64,000 bases of DNA from Candidatus Woesearchaeota archaeon (GTDB lineage Archaea > Nanobdellota > Nanobdellia > Woesearchaeales > ARS49): the NCBI GenBank assembly GCA_030750765.1, contig JASMHM010000001.1:334696-398695 (forward strand). Direction: 5' to 3'. Shown one piece after another: positions 18,660-28,281 of this stretch. The position numbers and the translations under genes are program-made. Numbering within the stretch: the first letter of the stretch is position 1; each line of letters begins with the position of its first letter. The notes under the pieces are model-generated. The model saw only the letters and a list, made by a program, of their open reading frames with translations. It searched no databases and had not been told where the DNA came from.

Positions 18660-20078
18660 ATGAAATATTGGCAGTATCTTATTCCCGTCATAGCTCTCAT
18701 CCTGATGAGCTTGCCGACGATGTACCCTCAACCAGTGCTACAAACAGACGGCATCGCGTACTACGGTTTTGCCAAGACCTGGTCTGAAACAGGCTCGTTT
18801 GAGGCAGACGTGCCTGAATACTACCGGTTTGCGAGCGTCCAAGAAAGCAAAGTAGGACACTACACACCCTTCGTCACCGTAACATTAGGTATTTTACTCA
18901 AAATGGGCGGAGATGTATTGTGGTTGAATGGAATCTACTGTGGACTCTTGTTTGCGATGGCTGCATGGTTCATCTATTTGCTAAGCAACTACCTAAAAAT
19001 CAATCCTTTACTCGTTTTACCATTAGCGTTATTGAACATCCGACCCTACTTCACCGCATGGGTTGGATCACTAACTGCTTTCGCTGGCTTTGCCTTCAGC
19101 ATCCCTGCGGTCTACTACGCGATTAAGTTTTTTGACAGCAACGATTGGCAAGATGGCTTCTGGGCTCTTGCATTCCTGCTGCTTACCGGACTTTCTTACA
19201 TCCAATTTGTATTATACACGCTTACCTTGTTCGTCATCCTGTTTATAGCAAGACTGATGAAGAATATGGAGATCACCTGGCCAAAAGTGAGAGCAAAAAC
19301 TTTCAAAATCAAATGGAAGAGTGGATGGTTGGTCGTTGTTGGCGCAGCCATCACCGCCGTAATCATCAAAGTCTTCATGTTCGCAGCCTCTGGAAGGAAA
19401 GGCTACATTACTGATTATGTGAACTATCTCATGCAAAATGGTGTTGGATATCCAAGGATATGGGAGCTACCCGTACTAACAGACAACGCGATCGTTGTTG
19501 CTCTGGCCATTGGCGGGTTAGCGTACGCAATCTACAAACAAAGATGGTATCTGGTGGCGCTAGCAGCAGGAACTTTAGGCTGCCTACTGTCCGGACCATT
19601 ACTAGGATTGAGCAACGCCTGGATATTTACCTACGTACTAAGATTCTACACTTTAAACGCAGTCTTCCTAGCATTACTTGCAGGCTACCTGATCCAAAGA
19701 CTATGGAAGTACAAGCTCACCAAGATTGTTTTCGGTGTTGCGGTCGCAGCACAACTTGTCATGTTCATAGCCTTTGCTAGCATGGTACAACCGGCCATCA
19801 CGGCAGAAGAGATGCACGTCTCCAACCTTTTACAGAGCACCAACAAACCCATCACCTTTGTAGAAAACGTGGACTTTGGCAACAACTTTGCAGAGCCAGC
19901 ATGGATCATGGCCTTTGCCCAACCACAAGCCTTTGAAGTAGTCTTCGAAGTACCTGACTACCTCCCTGCAGGATTAGTATTAGTGGAAGACAAGACCGTT
20001 CTAACAAAAGACGAACTCAAACTATTAAGCTTCCGCAAGGTAGTGTACGAAGGCGAGAAGGTGCTGCTTGTAGAATAA
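18660..20078 (+). CDS. polytopic membrane protein, possible GT-C-fold glycosyltransferase/glycan polymerase
   Basis: About 10-12 predicted TM helices. The first loop, TDGIAYYGF, is DE-motif-like. Sits in the glycan cluster. Confidence 0.45.
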   Translation: MKYWQYLIPVIALILMSLPTMYPQPVLQTDGIAYYGFAKTWSETGSFEADVPEYYRFASVQESKVGHYTPFVTVTLGILLKMGGDVLWLNGIYCGLLFAMAAWFIYLLSNYLKINPLLVLPLALLNIRPYFTAWVGSLTAFAGFAFSIPAVYYAIKFFDSNDWQDGFWALAFLLLTGLSYIQFVLYTLTLFVILFIARLMKNMEITWPKVRAKTFKIKWKSGWLVVVGAAITAVIIKVFMFAASGRKGYITDYVNYLMQNGVGYPRIWELPVLTDNAIVVALAIGGLAYAIYKQRWYLVALAAGTLGCLLSGPLLGLSNAWIFTYVLRFYTLNAVFLALLAGYLIQRLWKYKLTKIVFGVAVAAQLVMFIAFASMVQPAITAEEMHVSNLLQSTNKPITFVENVDFGNNFAEPAWIMAFAQPQAFEVVFEVPDYLPAGLVLVEDKTVLTKDELKLLSFRKVVYEGEKVLLVE

Positions 20079-20108
20079 GCTTTTAAGCCCACACCTCAAG
20101 ACAAGATC

Positions 20109-22043
20109 ATGAAAATAGGAGACAAAGAAATTGGCTCACCCGTATTCATCATTGCAGAGATAGGCCTAAACCACGACGGCAGTGTTGACAAAGCAATAGA
20201 ACTTGTTGATGCAGCAAAAAAGGCAGGCGCACACGCAGTAAAGTTTCAAAAGCGAGATCTTGCGTCGTTATACCCGAGCGGCGTCATTGAAGGAAAGGAA
20301 AGCGCCGACCAAAGCGTAGAAACCTTAATCCCTGCGCTTATCAAATGCGAATTGTCAGAGGATGAACTGGACAAGATACGCCAGCACTGCGAAAGCACAG
20401 GAATAATGTTCTTCTTCACACCCTTTGATGAGAAGAGTGCAGACATCCTGGAAGGGAAAGTACCTTGTTACAAGATAGCAAGCGCCGACTGCGGCAATCT
20501 CTCCTTATTAGATTATGTTGCCAAGAAAGGAAAACCCCTCATCCTGAGCACAGGCATGACGCAGTTAGACCACGTCAAGAAAGTTGTTGCCTTCCTGCAA
20601 GAACGCAACGTCGAGTTCATGCTCAATCACTGCATCAGTGGCTATCCGCCCGGCACTGAAAGCTTGAATCTAAACTATTTGAAAGAACTACAAAAACTAG
20701 GCGTACCCATCGGGTACTCTGCGCACGAACTAGAACCAGAATATTCTTTGGTGGCTGTAGCCATGGGTGCTGTGGCCGTAGAAAAACACATCACCTATGA
20801 CCGGAGCGCCCCAGGACCCGACCACAAAGCAAGCCTTACACCCGAAGAGTTCGCAGAAGCCGTCCAACTAATCAAACAAAACATGAGCTATGAAGAAGTC
20901 CTTGAAAAGTATCCACACGTCAAAGAAAGTCTAGGTACAGGAGAACGCGTGCTAACACGAGAGGAAGAACTTTCAAAGATCCCACTACAAAAATCCATAT
21001 ACCTAAAGAAGGATGTTGCTGTAGGCAGCAAGCTCACAAAAGAAGACTTGTGGGTGCGCGGCCCTGGAGGCGGCATGAACCCTATTTGTTATTATGATGT
21101 TGTTGGCAAGACCTTGAAACGAGATGCAAAGCAAGGAGAGGCCCTACGAGAGGCACACTTTGAGGAAAAGAGCGACGATTGGCCCAGAGATTTCAAGCAA
21201 GATTGGGGATTTAAGCTGCGACCTGCAGAAGCCGAAGACTTCAGAGATGAAGACATGCCTCTTTTTGAGTTTCACATGAGCCCTGCAGACATCGTACGAC
21301 CTTTCAAGCCAGACAAAAAGTTCAAACAACGCTTAGTCGTGCACACCGCCGAAATATTACCTGAAGATCTAGGCTTTTCTGGCACCGACACGAGAAGCTA
21401 CGTAGACATGTGCAGCTCTGATGATGAAGTAAGAAAGGCAAGCGTTGAAATGATGAAGCGCACGATCAAAAAAACCAAAGAGATGGCCCCCTATTTTGAG
21501 GGCATACCTAAAGTGGTTATCCATGTGGGCGGCTACTCAACAACCAAAGATTTTGATGAAGAATTACGCGGAAAAATGTTTGCTCTAGGTGTTGACAGCT
21601 TTGCCCAGCTAGACAAGGAAGGAGTTATTCTCTTACCTGAAAACATGCCTCCCTTCCCTACTCACGCAAGTGCACGGTGTTATCAAGCGTTCTTTTCCAA
21701 AGCAGAAGATCTGGTGAAGTTTTGCCAAGCAACCAAACTAAAAGCGTGTTTTGACACCAGTCACGCGCAATTGTACTGCAACGCGTATGGTGGAACGTTG
21801 TTAGACTATGCAAAAAAGGTGCTGCCCTATACCGACCATTTGCACATCGCAGATAGCAGCGGTATTGATGGTGAAGGGTTGCAAATTGGCGAGGGCATGG
21901 TGGACTTCCCACCCATTTTCGAACTTTTCAAAGACAAAACGTTCACCTGGGTTGGAGAGATTACAAACGGTCATAAAGATGACTACGAAGGGTTTAAGGA
22001 AGCGAATAGACAACTAAAAAAGATTGCCAGCACTATTCTGTGA
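20109..22043 (+). CDS. N-acetylneuraminate/nonulosonate synthase (NeuB family, with SAF domain) fused to a C-terminal xylose-isomerase-like TIM-barrel (sugar phosphate isomerase/epimerase) domain
   Basis: N-terminus FIIAEIGLNHDGS...AVKFQKR (NeuB). SAF-like C-terminal segment. Then ~290 aa with HVGGY...FDTSHAQL...HLHIADS...GEG motifs of AP-endonuclease-2/xylose-isomerase-like barrels. Confidence 0.7.
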   Translation: MKIGDKEIGSPVFIIAEIGLNHDGSVDKAIELVDAAKKAGAHAVKFQKRDLASLYPSGVIEGKESADQSVETLIPALIKCELSEDELDKIRQHCESTGIMFFFTPFDEKSADILEGKVPCYKIASADCGNLSLLDYVAKKGKPLILSTGMTQLDHVKKVVAFLQERNVEFMLNHCISGYPPGTESLNLNYLKELQKLGVPIGYSAHELEPEYSLVAVAMGAVAVEKHITYDRSAPGPDHKASLTPEEFAEAVQLIKQNMSYEEVLEKYPHVKESLGTGERVLTREEELSKIPLQKSIYLKKDVAVGSKLTKEDLWVRGPGGGMNPICYYDVVGKTLKRDAKQGEALREAHFEEKSDDWPRDFKQDWGFKLRPAEAEDFRDEDMPLFEFHMSPADIVRPFKPDKKFKQRLVVHTAEILPEDLGFSGTDTRSYVDMCSSDDEVRKASVEMMKRTIKKTKEMAPYFEGIPKVVIHVGGYSTTKDFDEELRGKMFALGVDSFAQLDKEGVILLPENMPPFPTHASARCYQAFFSKAEDLVKFCQATKLKACFDTSHAQLYCNAYGGTLLDYAKKVLPYTDHLHIADSSGIDGEGLQIGEGMVDFPPIFELFKDKTFTWVGEITNGHKDDYEGFKEANRQLKKIASTIL

Positions 22044-22635
22044 TGTGGCTAACATCATTCACGTGTTTGACGCGCACGTGTCTGCCGTCGATGGTCACGA
22101 TGTTTAAGCAACAATTATCCTGTTCGTAGCGATAACGTAGGTTGTGTGGTATGTTCATGAAATGCCCGAGGATCACTGCGTTGAGGCTGCCGTGCGCGAT
22201 GAAAAGTATCTTACCCTTTGCTTCCTTTATGACATTCTCTATGAACGGTATCACACGGTTGTGGACGTCCTCCATGTTCTCACCATCAGGAGGACGAACA
22301 TCCTCCTCTCTTGCCCATCTTTCTTCGAGATCAGGGTGCTGAGCATGGACTTCATTCATGCGCATACCATCCCAGCCTCCCTTGCCTCGCTCTTTTAGTT
22401 CCTCAACCGGGATGATCTCTTGGTTGTGGTGTTTGTTTATTATCTCAGCAGTTGCCCGAGCCCTGCCTAGGGTGCTGGTGAAGATTTTCTCAAACTTCAC
22501 GTCCTTGAGTCGGAGGGCAAGCTGCTCTGCCTCCTTTTTCCCTTTTTCAGTGAGTCCAGAATCAGTCTGTCCTTGGGTTATCCCCGACTTGTTGCCTTCT
22601 GTCTCGCCGTGGCGTGCTAGGTAGAGTTCGATCAT
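22033..22635 (-). CDS. histidine phosphatase family (phosphoglycerate mutase-like) protein
   Basis: LYLARHGETEGN catalytic RHG motif. 200 aa. Confidence 0.75.
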   Translation of the reverse strand: MIELYLARHGETEGNKSGITQGQTDSGLTEKGKKEAEQLALRLKDVKFEKIFTSTLGRARATAEIINKHHNQEIIPVEELKERGKGGWDGMRMNEVHAQHPDLEERWAREEDVRPPDGENMEDVHNRVIPFIENVIKEAKGKILFIAHGSLNAVILGHFMNIPHNLRYRYEQDNCCLNIVTIDGRHVRVKHVNDVSHITE

Positions 22636-23324
22636 AGTAGGACCTCTGCGAATTTTAGGTCGTTAAGCGTGTCGATGTTGAGGCTTTCCTTCTCATCTAA
22701 CACCAGAGGCAGAATAGTGTCGCCAACAATGGAGTTTTTCTCTGTAAGCACGCTTGTACGGATGACGTTCACGGCACCATTATGCCTGTAGACCGTGTCC
22801 ATCCATTCTTTAGGGGCACGACCTGCGTCTTTGCCAGTCATACTTTCAGGCAGGAAGGGTTTGAGGTACTCTCCTTCCTTTTTCCATATTTTGAAGGGAT
22901 GGTCGTGGGTTTCGTGGACGCTCATAACGCTGTCTGTCTCAGGATGTTGGGTGAGCAGGTCTATACCCTTGTCAATGCTTTCTCCTGTGCGTAGAGGATT
23001 GGTTGGCTTGAGTTGGACGACAAGTTCTGGAATGTAACCTTCTTTTTTGAGTTCAGCTAGCGCGTGCTTCAACACCGGTAAGCTCTTTGCCTTGTCAGTT
23101 GCATGCTCTTCTGGCCGCAGGAAGGGCACCTCTGCGCCGTGTTGTTGTGCCACGTCGGCAATCTCCTGACTGTCAGTGCTTACGATGATTCGTGGTTTGT
23201 GTTTGCTGGACTTGGCAGCGTCGAGGGTCCACGCGATGAGTGGCTTGCCTGCTAAGGGAATGATATTTTTCTTAGGGATACGCTTACTTCCCCCTCTTGC
23301 TTGGATAACCACTAAGACGTCCAT
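22632..23324 (-). CDS. acylneuraminate cytidylyltransferase family (CMP-nonulosonate synthetase, NeuA-like)
   Basis: VIQARGGSKRIPKKN N-terminal motif typical of CMP-NeuAc/CMP-Kdo synthetases. Confidence 0.75.
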   Translation of the reverse strand: MDVLVVIQARGGSKRIPKKNIIPLAGKPLIAWTLDAAKSSKHKPRIIVSTDSQEIADVAQQHGAEVPFLRPEEHATDKAKSLPVLKHALAELKKEGYIPELVVQLKPTNPLRTGESIDKGIDLLTQHPETDSVMSVHETHDHPFKIWKKEGEYLKPFLPESMTGKDAGRAPKEWMDTVYRHNGAVNVIRTSVLTEKNSIVGDTILPLVLDEKESLNIDTLNDLKFAEVLL

Positions 23325-23365
23325 GATTTATAAAGCGTCTAGGAATTTATAAAGGTGCGCGATCA

Positions 23366-24448
23366 TTAGTACGGGCTGAAGATCTCATCTACCTTGACCG
23401 TTCTCCCTTCCTTGTTGGAGAGCGAGGCAGCCATGATGACCTTCATGGTTTCATAACCGCTTCTGAGATTGTACTCTAGAGGGGGTAGTTTGCCTTGCTG
23501 GATGCACTCTAAGAACAGTTTTTCTTCGTTGATAAACCATTGGTCTCGTTTTTCTTTCATAGAATGCACTTTTTCGTGTTTTACCTTCCCCTCGTCTACG
23601 CGCATCACGACAACGTCATTGTCACCCTGTCTATCCCACAGTATGGTGCCCTCTGTGCATCGTACTAAGAAGTGGGCGCGGCTTTGATTGCAAAAGAGAT
23701 CTGTGTGTGCGGTCCCATAGACACCATTCTTGAATTTGAGTATGAGCTCGGCGTTGTCATTGCTTGTCGTGGTGATGTCAGTAACCTTTCCGGTCATGCA
23801 CATCACGCTTTCTATACCCCCGCCGATGTGTAGTAACAGGTTGATGCCATGGCTGTCCTCGAGCATGGTGTCTCCTCCCATTTCTTTATGACCAATAAAC
23901 CAAGAGTCTGGAGGATGACCGAGATGCATGAGATTGGCGCTGTGGCTGTTCTCCGAGTGGAATGCCACAGGATCTCCGACCACTTTTTGTTCAATTAATT
24001 CCTTGATCTTCTTGACAGGTTCGCTGTGCCGGTTCATGTAGCCTATCATAGCGACTAACTTTTTCTCTTCGATGAGTTTGAAAAGGTCCTTAAGATTCTT
24101 TTGTTCTCTTTGTGTGCGTAGCTTTTGCTGGGCTGCGTCTTCCTTAGGATGGACTTCTTCGAAGTCTAAGCATAATGGCTTTTCGCAGAGGATGTGCAGG
24201 CCTTTTTTGGCACATTCTAGTGCGCACTCGATGTGGAAGCGTGCGGGTGTGCCTATGACTGCGGCTACGAAGTCTCCTTCCAATGCTTTGTGAAGGTCTT
24301 CATGAACGGGAATGCCTATTTCTTTTATTACTTCGTTGCGAACGTCCTCTTTGGGTTCTACGCCTTCTACCTCACAGCCTTGTGCTAGAAAGTTCTTCAT
24401 GTGACGTTGGCCTATACTTCCACCACCAACGACGAGTATCCTTGTCAT
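23366..24448 (-). CDS. Gfo/Idh/MocA-family oxidoreductase
   Basis: MTRILVVGGGSIGQRH Rossmann motif and EKP motif (LCEKPL). ATG at 24448 preferred over the track's GTG 24460. Confidence 0.75.
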   Translation of the reverse strand: MTRILVVGGGSIGQRHMKNFLAQGCEVEGVEPKEDVRNEVIKEIGIPVHEDLHKALEGDFVAAVIGTPARFHIECALECAKKGLHILCEKPLCLDFEEVHPKEDAAQQKLRTQREQKNLKDLFKLIEEKKLVAMIGYMNRHSEPVKKIKELIEQKVVGDPVAFHSENSHSANLMHLGHPPDSWFIGHKEMGGDTMLEDSHGINLLLHIGGGIESVMCMTGKVTDITTTSNDNAELILKFKNGVYGTAHTDLFCNQSRAHFLVRCTEGTILWDRQGDNDVVVMRVDEGKVKHEKVHSMKEKRDQWFINEEKLFLECIQQGKLPPLEYNLRSGYETMKVIMAASLSNKEGRTVKVDEIFSPY

Positions 24449-24471
24449 GTTTTCTTTCACAAGCGTTTTGC

Positions 24472-25572
24472 TTATAAACTTTCCTCCATCAAGAATCCAT
24501 AGTGTTCTACTGCGGTTAGTGCGTTGGGGAAGATGCGTTTGGGTAGCTTATCCAGCAGGCCCGGAAGTCTATCACCCTCATAGTAGTGCCTTCGTAGGCT
24601 TCTTAGCGAGCGCATGAGCTCCCATCGTACGATATATGGAACTAGACTTTGTAATTCTTCTGCAGAGAGCAGTCGTACGCTGTTGTATCCTGCAAGAAAG
24701 GCCCTTGTTGCTTCTTTGTAGCTGTCCCACACGCCTTGGTGGATGGCGTTGCCCACAAAATGCATGAGAGAGTTGGCCACGTCGTCAGCAAGTGGCGCCA
24801 CGGCAAGGTTGTCAAAGTCCAGCATGGCAACGATCTTTCCTTGTCTTACGAGCGTGTTGTTGGGGTGGAAGTCCATGTGGCAGATGCCTTGTTGGAGTGC
24901 TTTGGGATGTAAGTGTTGTTGGACAAACCGCATGAGCTTGTCAACGTGGGGAATGTTTCGTTTGAAGTATGCGCACACTTCTGGTTTGCTGCACGCGTGG
25001 CCTTCTGCGAGATCTTGTTTTAGCTGCTCCCACACGGGCACAGAATCTTCAAAGGGTTTGTCAAAGGGAATGTGTGTGGGAATCTCTTCATAAAGGTTGG
25101 GTTGGGCTTCTAGAAGGCGTAGGCCTACTTGGTGGAATTGCGCTAGCAATCTTCCTGCGTCCTCTAGCTCTGCCTTGGTTGTTGTGGCATGTTCCCCTAG
25201 TACGAAAGGATGTAAGGAGAAAAAATTCTGGTCCTCCACCGCGACATCTTTGGCCGGTAAGGGTACTGGCAATCCTTGTGACTGAAAATGGGCGGTGAGT
25301 TTTTCGATAAAGGCGTGTGCAGTGTGCGATGCCTGTTTTTCTTTTTCTGTTGTTGCCGGCCTCCACAACAAATGTTTGAGTAGGTACACAGTATCTTTGG
25401 TGTTCACACGGAATATCCTACTTACCGGCGTGGGCTCGTTGTATTGTGAGATGTGCTCGACGTCGTTTACACCAAAATGGGTTTGTAACACTTGGATAAG
25501 TTGCTTTTTCTCAGCTTCATCTATCGACGTGAAAGAGATAGCTTCTGTGGGCATGGCACCGATGGCTTGCAT
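24472..25572 (-). CDS. aminoglycoside-phosphotransferase (APH) family kinase
   Basis: Brenner motif ICHMDFHPNNTLV and downstream LDFDNLAV (DFD) motif. Confidence 0.6.
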   Translation of the reverse strand: MQAIGAMPTEAISFTSIDEAEKKQLIQVLQTHFGVNDVEHISQYNEPTPVSRIFRVNTKDTVYLLKHLLWRPATTEKEKQASHTAHAFIEKLTAHFQSQGLPVPLPAKDVAVEDQNFFSLHPFVLGEHATTTKAELEDAGRLLAQFHQVGLRLLEAQPNLYEEIPTHIPFDKPFEDSVPVWEQLKQDLAEGHACSKPEVCAYFKRNIPHVDKLMRFVQQHLHPKALQQGICHMDFHPNNTLVRQGKIVAMLDFDNLAVAPLADDVANSLMHFVGNAIHQGVWDSYKEATRAFLAGYNSVRLLSAEELQSLVPYIVRWELMRSLRSLRRHYYEGDRLPGLLDKLPKRIFPNALTAVEHYGFLMEESL

Positions 25573-25596
25573 GGTTTAAAAATCAAAAGAGGGCTT

Positions 25597-26550
25597 TTAA
25601 ACTTGCTGGACTGGAAGTTCTCTGATCCAAGTAATCATTTCCTTAAGACCCTCGTCGAAGTCTTTGGTTGGTTCCCAACCTAGAACGTCCTTTGATTTGG
25701 TGTTGTCTGGAACCCTTCTTCGGACGTCGTGCTTGAACTCTTGGACGTTCTTGACTTCTAAGGTTCCTTCTTGACCAGAAAGAGCAAAAATCTTATTTGC
25801 AAGATCAATCATGGTGATCTCGTGATTGCTTCCTATGTTAAAACTCTCGTTGACTGCTTTTTCTGACTCTGCTGCGAGGATGAATCCTCGGGCCATGTCG
25901 CTAACATGAGTGAAGCATCTTGTTTGCTCTCCATCCCCAAGCATTTCCATGGTGCCGCCAGCTAGTATTTTCCTGATAAAGTCAGGAATCACGTTAGCGT
26001 AGCCAACTTCTTGGTGTAAGTAAGAGTTCACACCATAACAGTTGAAAGGTCGGATGATGGTGTAGTTGACCCCAAACTCTTCGGAGTATGCTTTTGCGTA
26101 ATATTCTGTGACGAGTTTGGAAAAGCCGTAGATGTTTTTTGGAGGAGGGATCTCGCCAACATCAGATTCTTTGCTGGGAAATCGATCAGTATCTGCAAAG
26201 ACCATGCTGCTGCTTGCAACAACAACCCTTTTCGTGCCTGCCTTTTTTGCTGCCTCGAAGACTGCAGATAACAATTTTAAACTTCCATCAAGGATGGTGG
26301 CGGGTTTTTGACTCATATAGCCCACCCCTCCTACTTTTGCAGCCAAGTGCAGGCATACATCGATGCCTTCCATGGCCTTGTCCGCGTTTTCTTGTAGGGT
26401 TAGATCTCCGTTCAAGAATTCTACACCTTCAGGCTCTTGTCCGGTCTTGCTGAGGTTATCAGCTACGCGAACCGTATGACCTTTTGCGAGTAATTGTTTG
26501 CATACTTCGCGTCCGATAAATCCTGCTCCTCCGGTAACTAGAATGTTCAT
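25597..26550 (-). CDS. NAD-dependent epimerase/dehydratase
   Basis: MNILVTGGAGFIG N-terminus and a YxxxK (YAKAYSEE) motif. Confidence 0.8.
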   Translation of the reverse strand: MNILVTGGAGFIGREVCKQLLAKGHTVRVADNLSKTGQEPEGVEFLNGDLTLQENADKAMEGIDVCLHLAAKVGGVGYMSQKPATILDGSLKLLSAVFEAAKKAGTKRVVVASSSMVFADTDRFPSKESDVGEIPPPKNIYGFSKLVTEYYAKAYSEEFGVNYTIIRPFNCYGVNSYLHQEVGYANVIPDFIRKILAGGTMEMLGDGEQTRCFTHVSDMARGFILAAESEKAVNESFNIGSNHEITMIDLANKIFALSGQEGTLEVKNVQEFKHDVRRRVPDNTKSKDVLGWEPTKDFDEGLKEMITWIRELPVQQV

Positions 26551-28250
26551 AGCGGCACAAATCTCACATGAGGTAGTTTTTCGATGTCTTCTGAGCTTAC
26601 TCCCCAGCCGTCAAAGAGAAGTAATGGCTTTTCTGTTTTTTGGGCTAGCCGGAAAATGTCCAAGTCAGAATGTGAAGAATGGTTGTTCAAAAACAATACT
26701 GCATGCGCACCATCAAACCCTTCTTCAGGTGTTGTTGGCTTTACTCCAAACTCGTTGAGTTCTGTTGCGTCAACAACCGCATCGTAACCGTGCACGTTGG
26801 TAATTCCCGCAGCTTTTAGATGTGATAGTATGTCTAGCGTTGTGGAAAATCTGGTATCACTAGTTTCTGGTCTTCCTTTGAAGGCAAATCCTAGTAGAAA
26901 CACTTTCATTTGTTCTTTAGGAATGCCGTGTTCCTGACAAAAGGCTAGAACTCTTTCGGAAACGTAGTATGGCATGCTTTCGTTGGTCTTTCTGGTTATC
27001 GGAATTATTTGGGGTGTGAAGCCTGCCTTTTTTGCGCTGTGCATGAATAAGTAAGGATCCTTTCTTAGACAATACCCACCCACGCCTGGACTGGGTTGTG
27101 GCATGTTGCCTCGCGGATATCCTTCGTTTGCTCTTGCAATTATCTTGTTGGCTGATAGGTTCAAGCTGTTGCATGCTAGTGCGAATTCGTTGACAATACC
27201 AAACGTTGCATCTCTATACACGTTGTTTAGCAATTTTGCCATCTCGGCCTCCTCCAAGGAGTCCATGCTAACAATGAAGGGCGTTAACTCTCTAAAGATA
27301 TTGATGGCGATGTCTGTGCTTTGCTTGTTGTATCCGCCAACGATTTGGGGCAGCTCACGCAATTCCTGTAGTGCCTTCCCTTCTAGGGTGCGTTCGGGCA
27401 TGCTTGCAAAGTGGAACATTCCCGCCTTCATGCCTGATGCTTGTTGTAGAGCAGGCAGGACCACGCTTCTGCAGGTTCCTACAGGCACGGTACTTCGTAC
27501 GATGACAACGTCTCCTCTTTTCAGGACGTTGCCCACTGCGTTACTTGCAGCTTTGATATGTTCCAGGTTTGGCTCGTTGTTCGGCTGGACAGGTGTGCCC
27601 ACGCAAATAATGTAGACGTCTGCCTCTTCAGGCATGTTTGACTGGATGGTTAGGGTTCTGTTGAGTGTTCGCTCCAACACTTTTTGCAATCCTGTTTCGT
27701 GGAAGGGAGGATTTCCTTGATTAAGCATGTCTACGATTTCTTGGCTGATGTCTGTTCCTGTCACCTTGAGTCCAACGTCTGCCATGGTTGCGGCTAACGT
27801 TAACCCCACATAGCCCATGCCTACGATACACACATGTCTTGTTTTGGCTTCGCTTGCTCGCCAGATGTCATAAAAGTTCAGTATGTCTGACACTTTCTTT
27901 GGATGTTCGTGATACAGGAGCACTTGTCTGATGTTGAAGCCGGACTGTGGCTCCTTGCCGCGTGATCGTAACTCTTCCTCAATGCCTTTAACCAATTCAG
28001 GATAGCTTAAGGCGTCAGACATCACGATGGGTTCTGCGTTCATGATGTCTTTTATGGGAGAATCGAGCGTGGCCCCGCTTATCAGCCCCTTTCTGATGTC
28101 TCCATCGGTGACTATGCCTTGTAGTTGTTTGTCAGCGTCAACGACCAGGGCTATGCCTGCTTGGGCCCCTTTTCTTGGAGCCTCGTTAATCACGGTCAAT
28201 ACCTCTTTTATCGTGGCTGTGGAGGCCACATGTAGGTCTTCGATATTCAC
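26547..28250 (-). CDS. nucleotide-sugar dehydrogenase (UDP-ManNAc/UDP-GlcNAc 6-DH-like) with N-terminal CBS-domain pair
   Basis: N-terminal ~125 aa show CBS-like repeats (GIVTDGDIRK). Then CIVGMGYVGLTLA Rossmann motif and catalytic GGYCLRKD. Confidence 0.7.
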   Translation of the reverse strand: MNIEDLHVASTATIKEVLTVINEAPRKGAQAGIALVVDADKQLQGIVTDGDIRKGLISGATLDSPIKDIMNAEPIVMSDALSYPELVKGIEEELRSRGKEPQSGFNIRQVLLYHEHPKKVSDILNFYDIWRASEAKTRHVCIVGMGYVGLTLAATMADVGLKVTGTDISQEIVDMLNQGNPPFHETGLQKVLERTLNRTLTIQSNMPEEADVYIICVGTPVQPNNEPNLEHIKAASNAVGNVLKRGDVVIVRSTVPVGTCRSVVLPALQQASGMKAGMFHFASMPERTLEGKALQELRELPQIVGGYNKQSTDIAINIFRELTPFIVSMDSLEEAEMAKLLNNVYRDATFGIVNEFALACNSLNLSANKIIARANEGYPRGNMPQPSPGVGGYCLRKDPYLFMHSAKKAGFTPQIIPITRKTNESMPYYVSERVLAFCQEHGIPKEQMKVFLLGFAFKGRPETSDTRFSTTLDILSHLKAAGITNVHGYDAVVDATELNEFGVKPTTPEEGFDGAHAVLFLNNHSSHSDLDIFRLAQKTEKPLLLFDGWGVSSEDIEKLPHVRFVPL

Positions 28251-28281
28251 GACTAAAGACGCTGTGGAGCGTTTAAAAACA

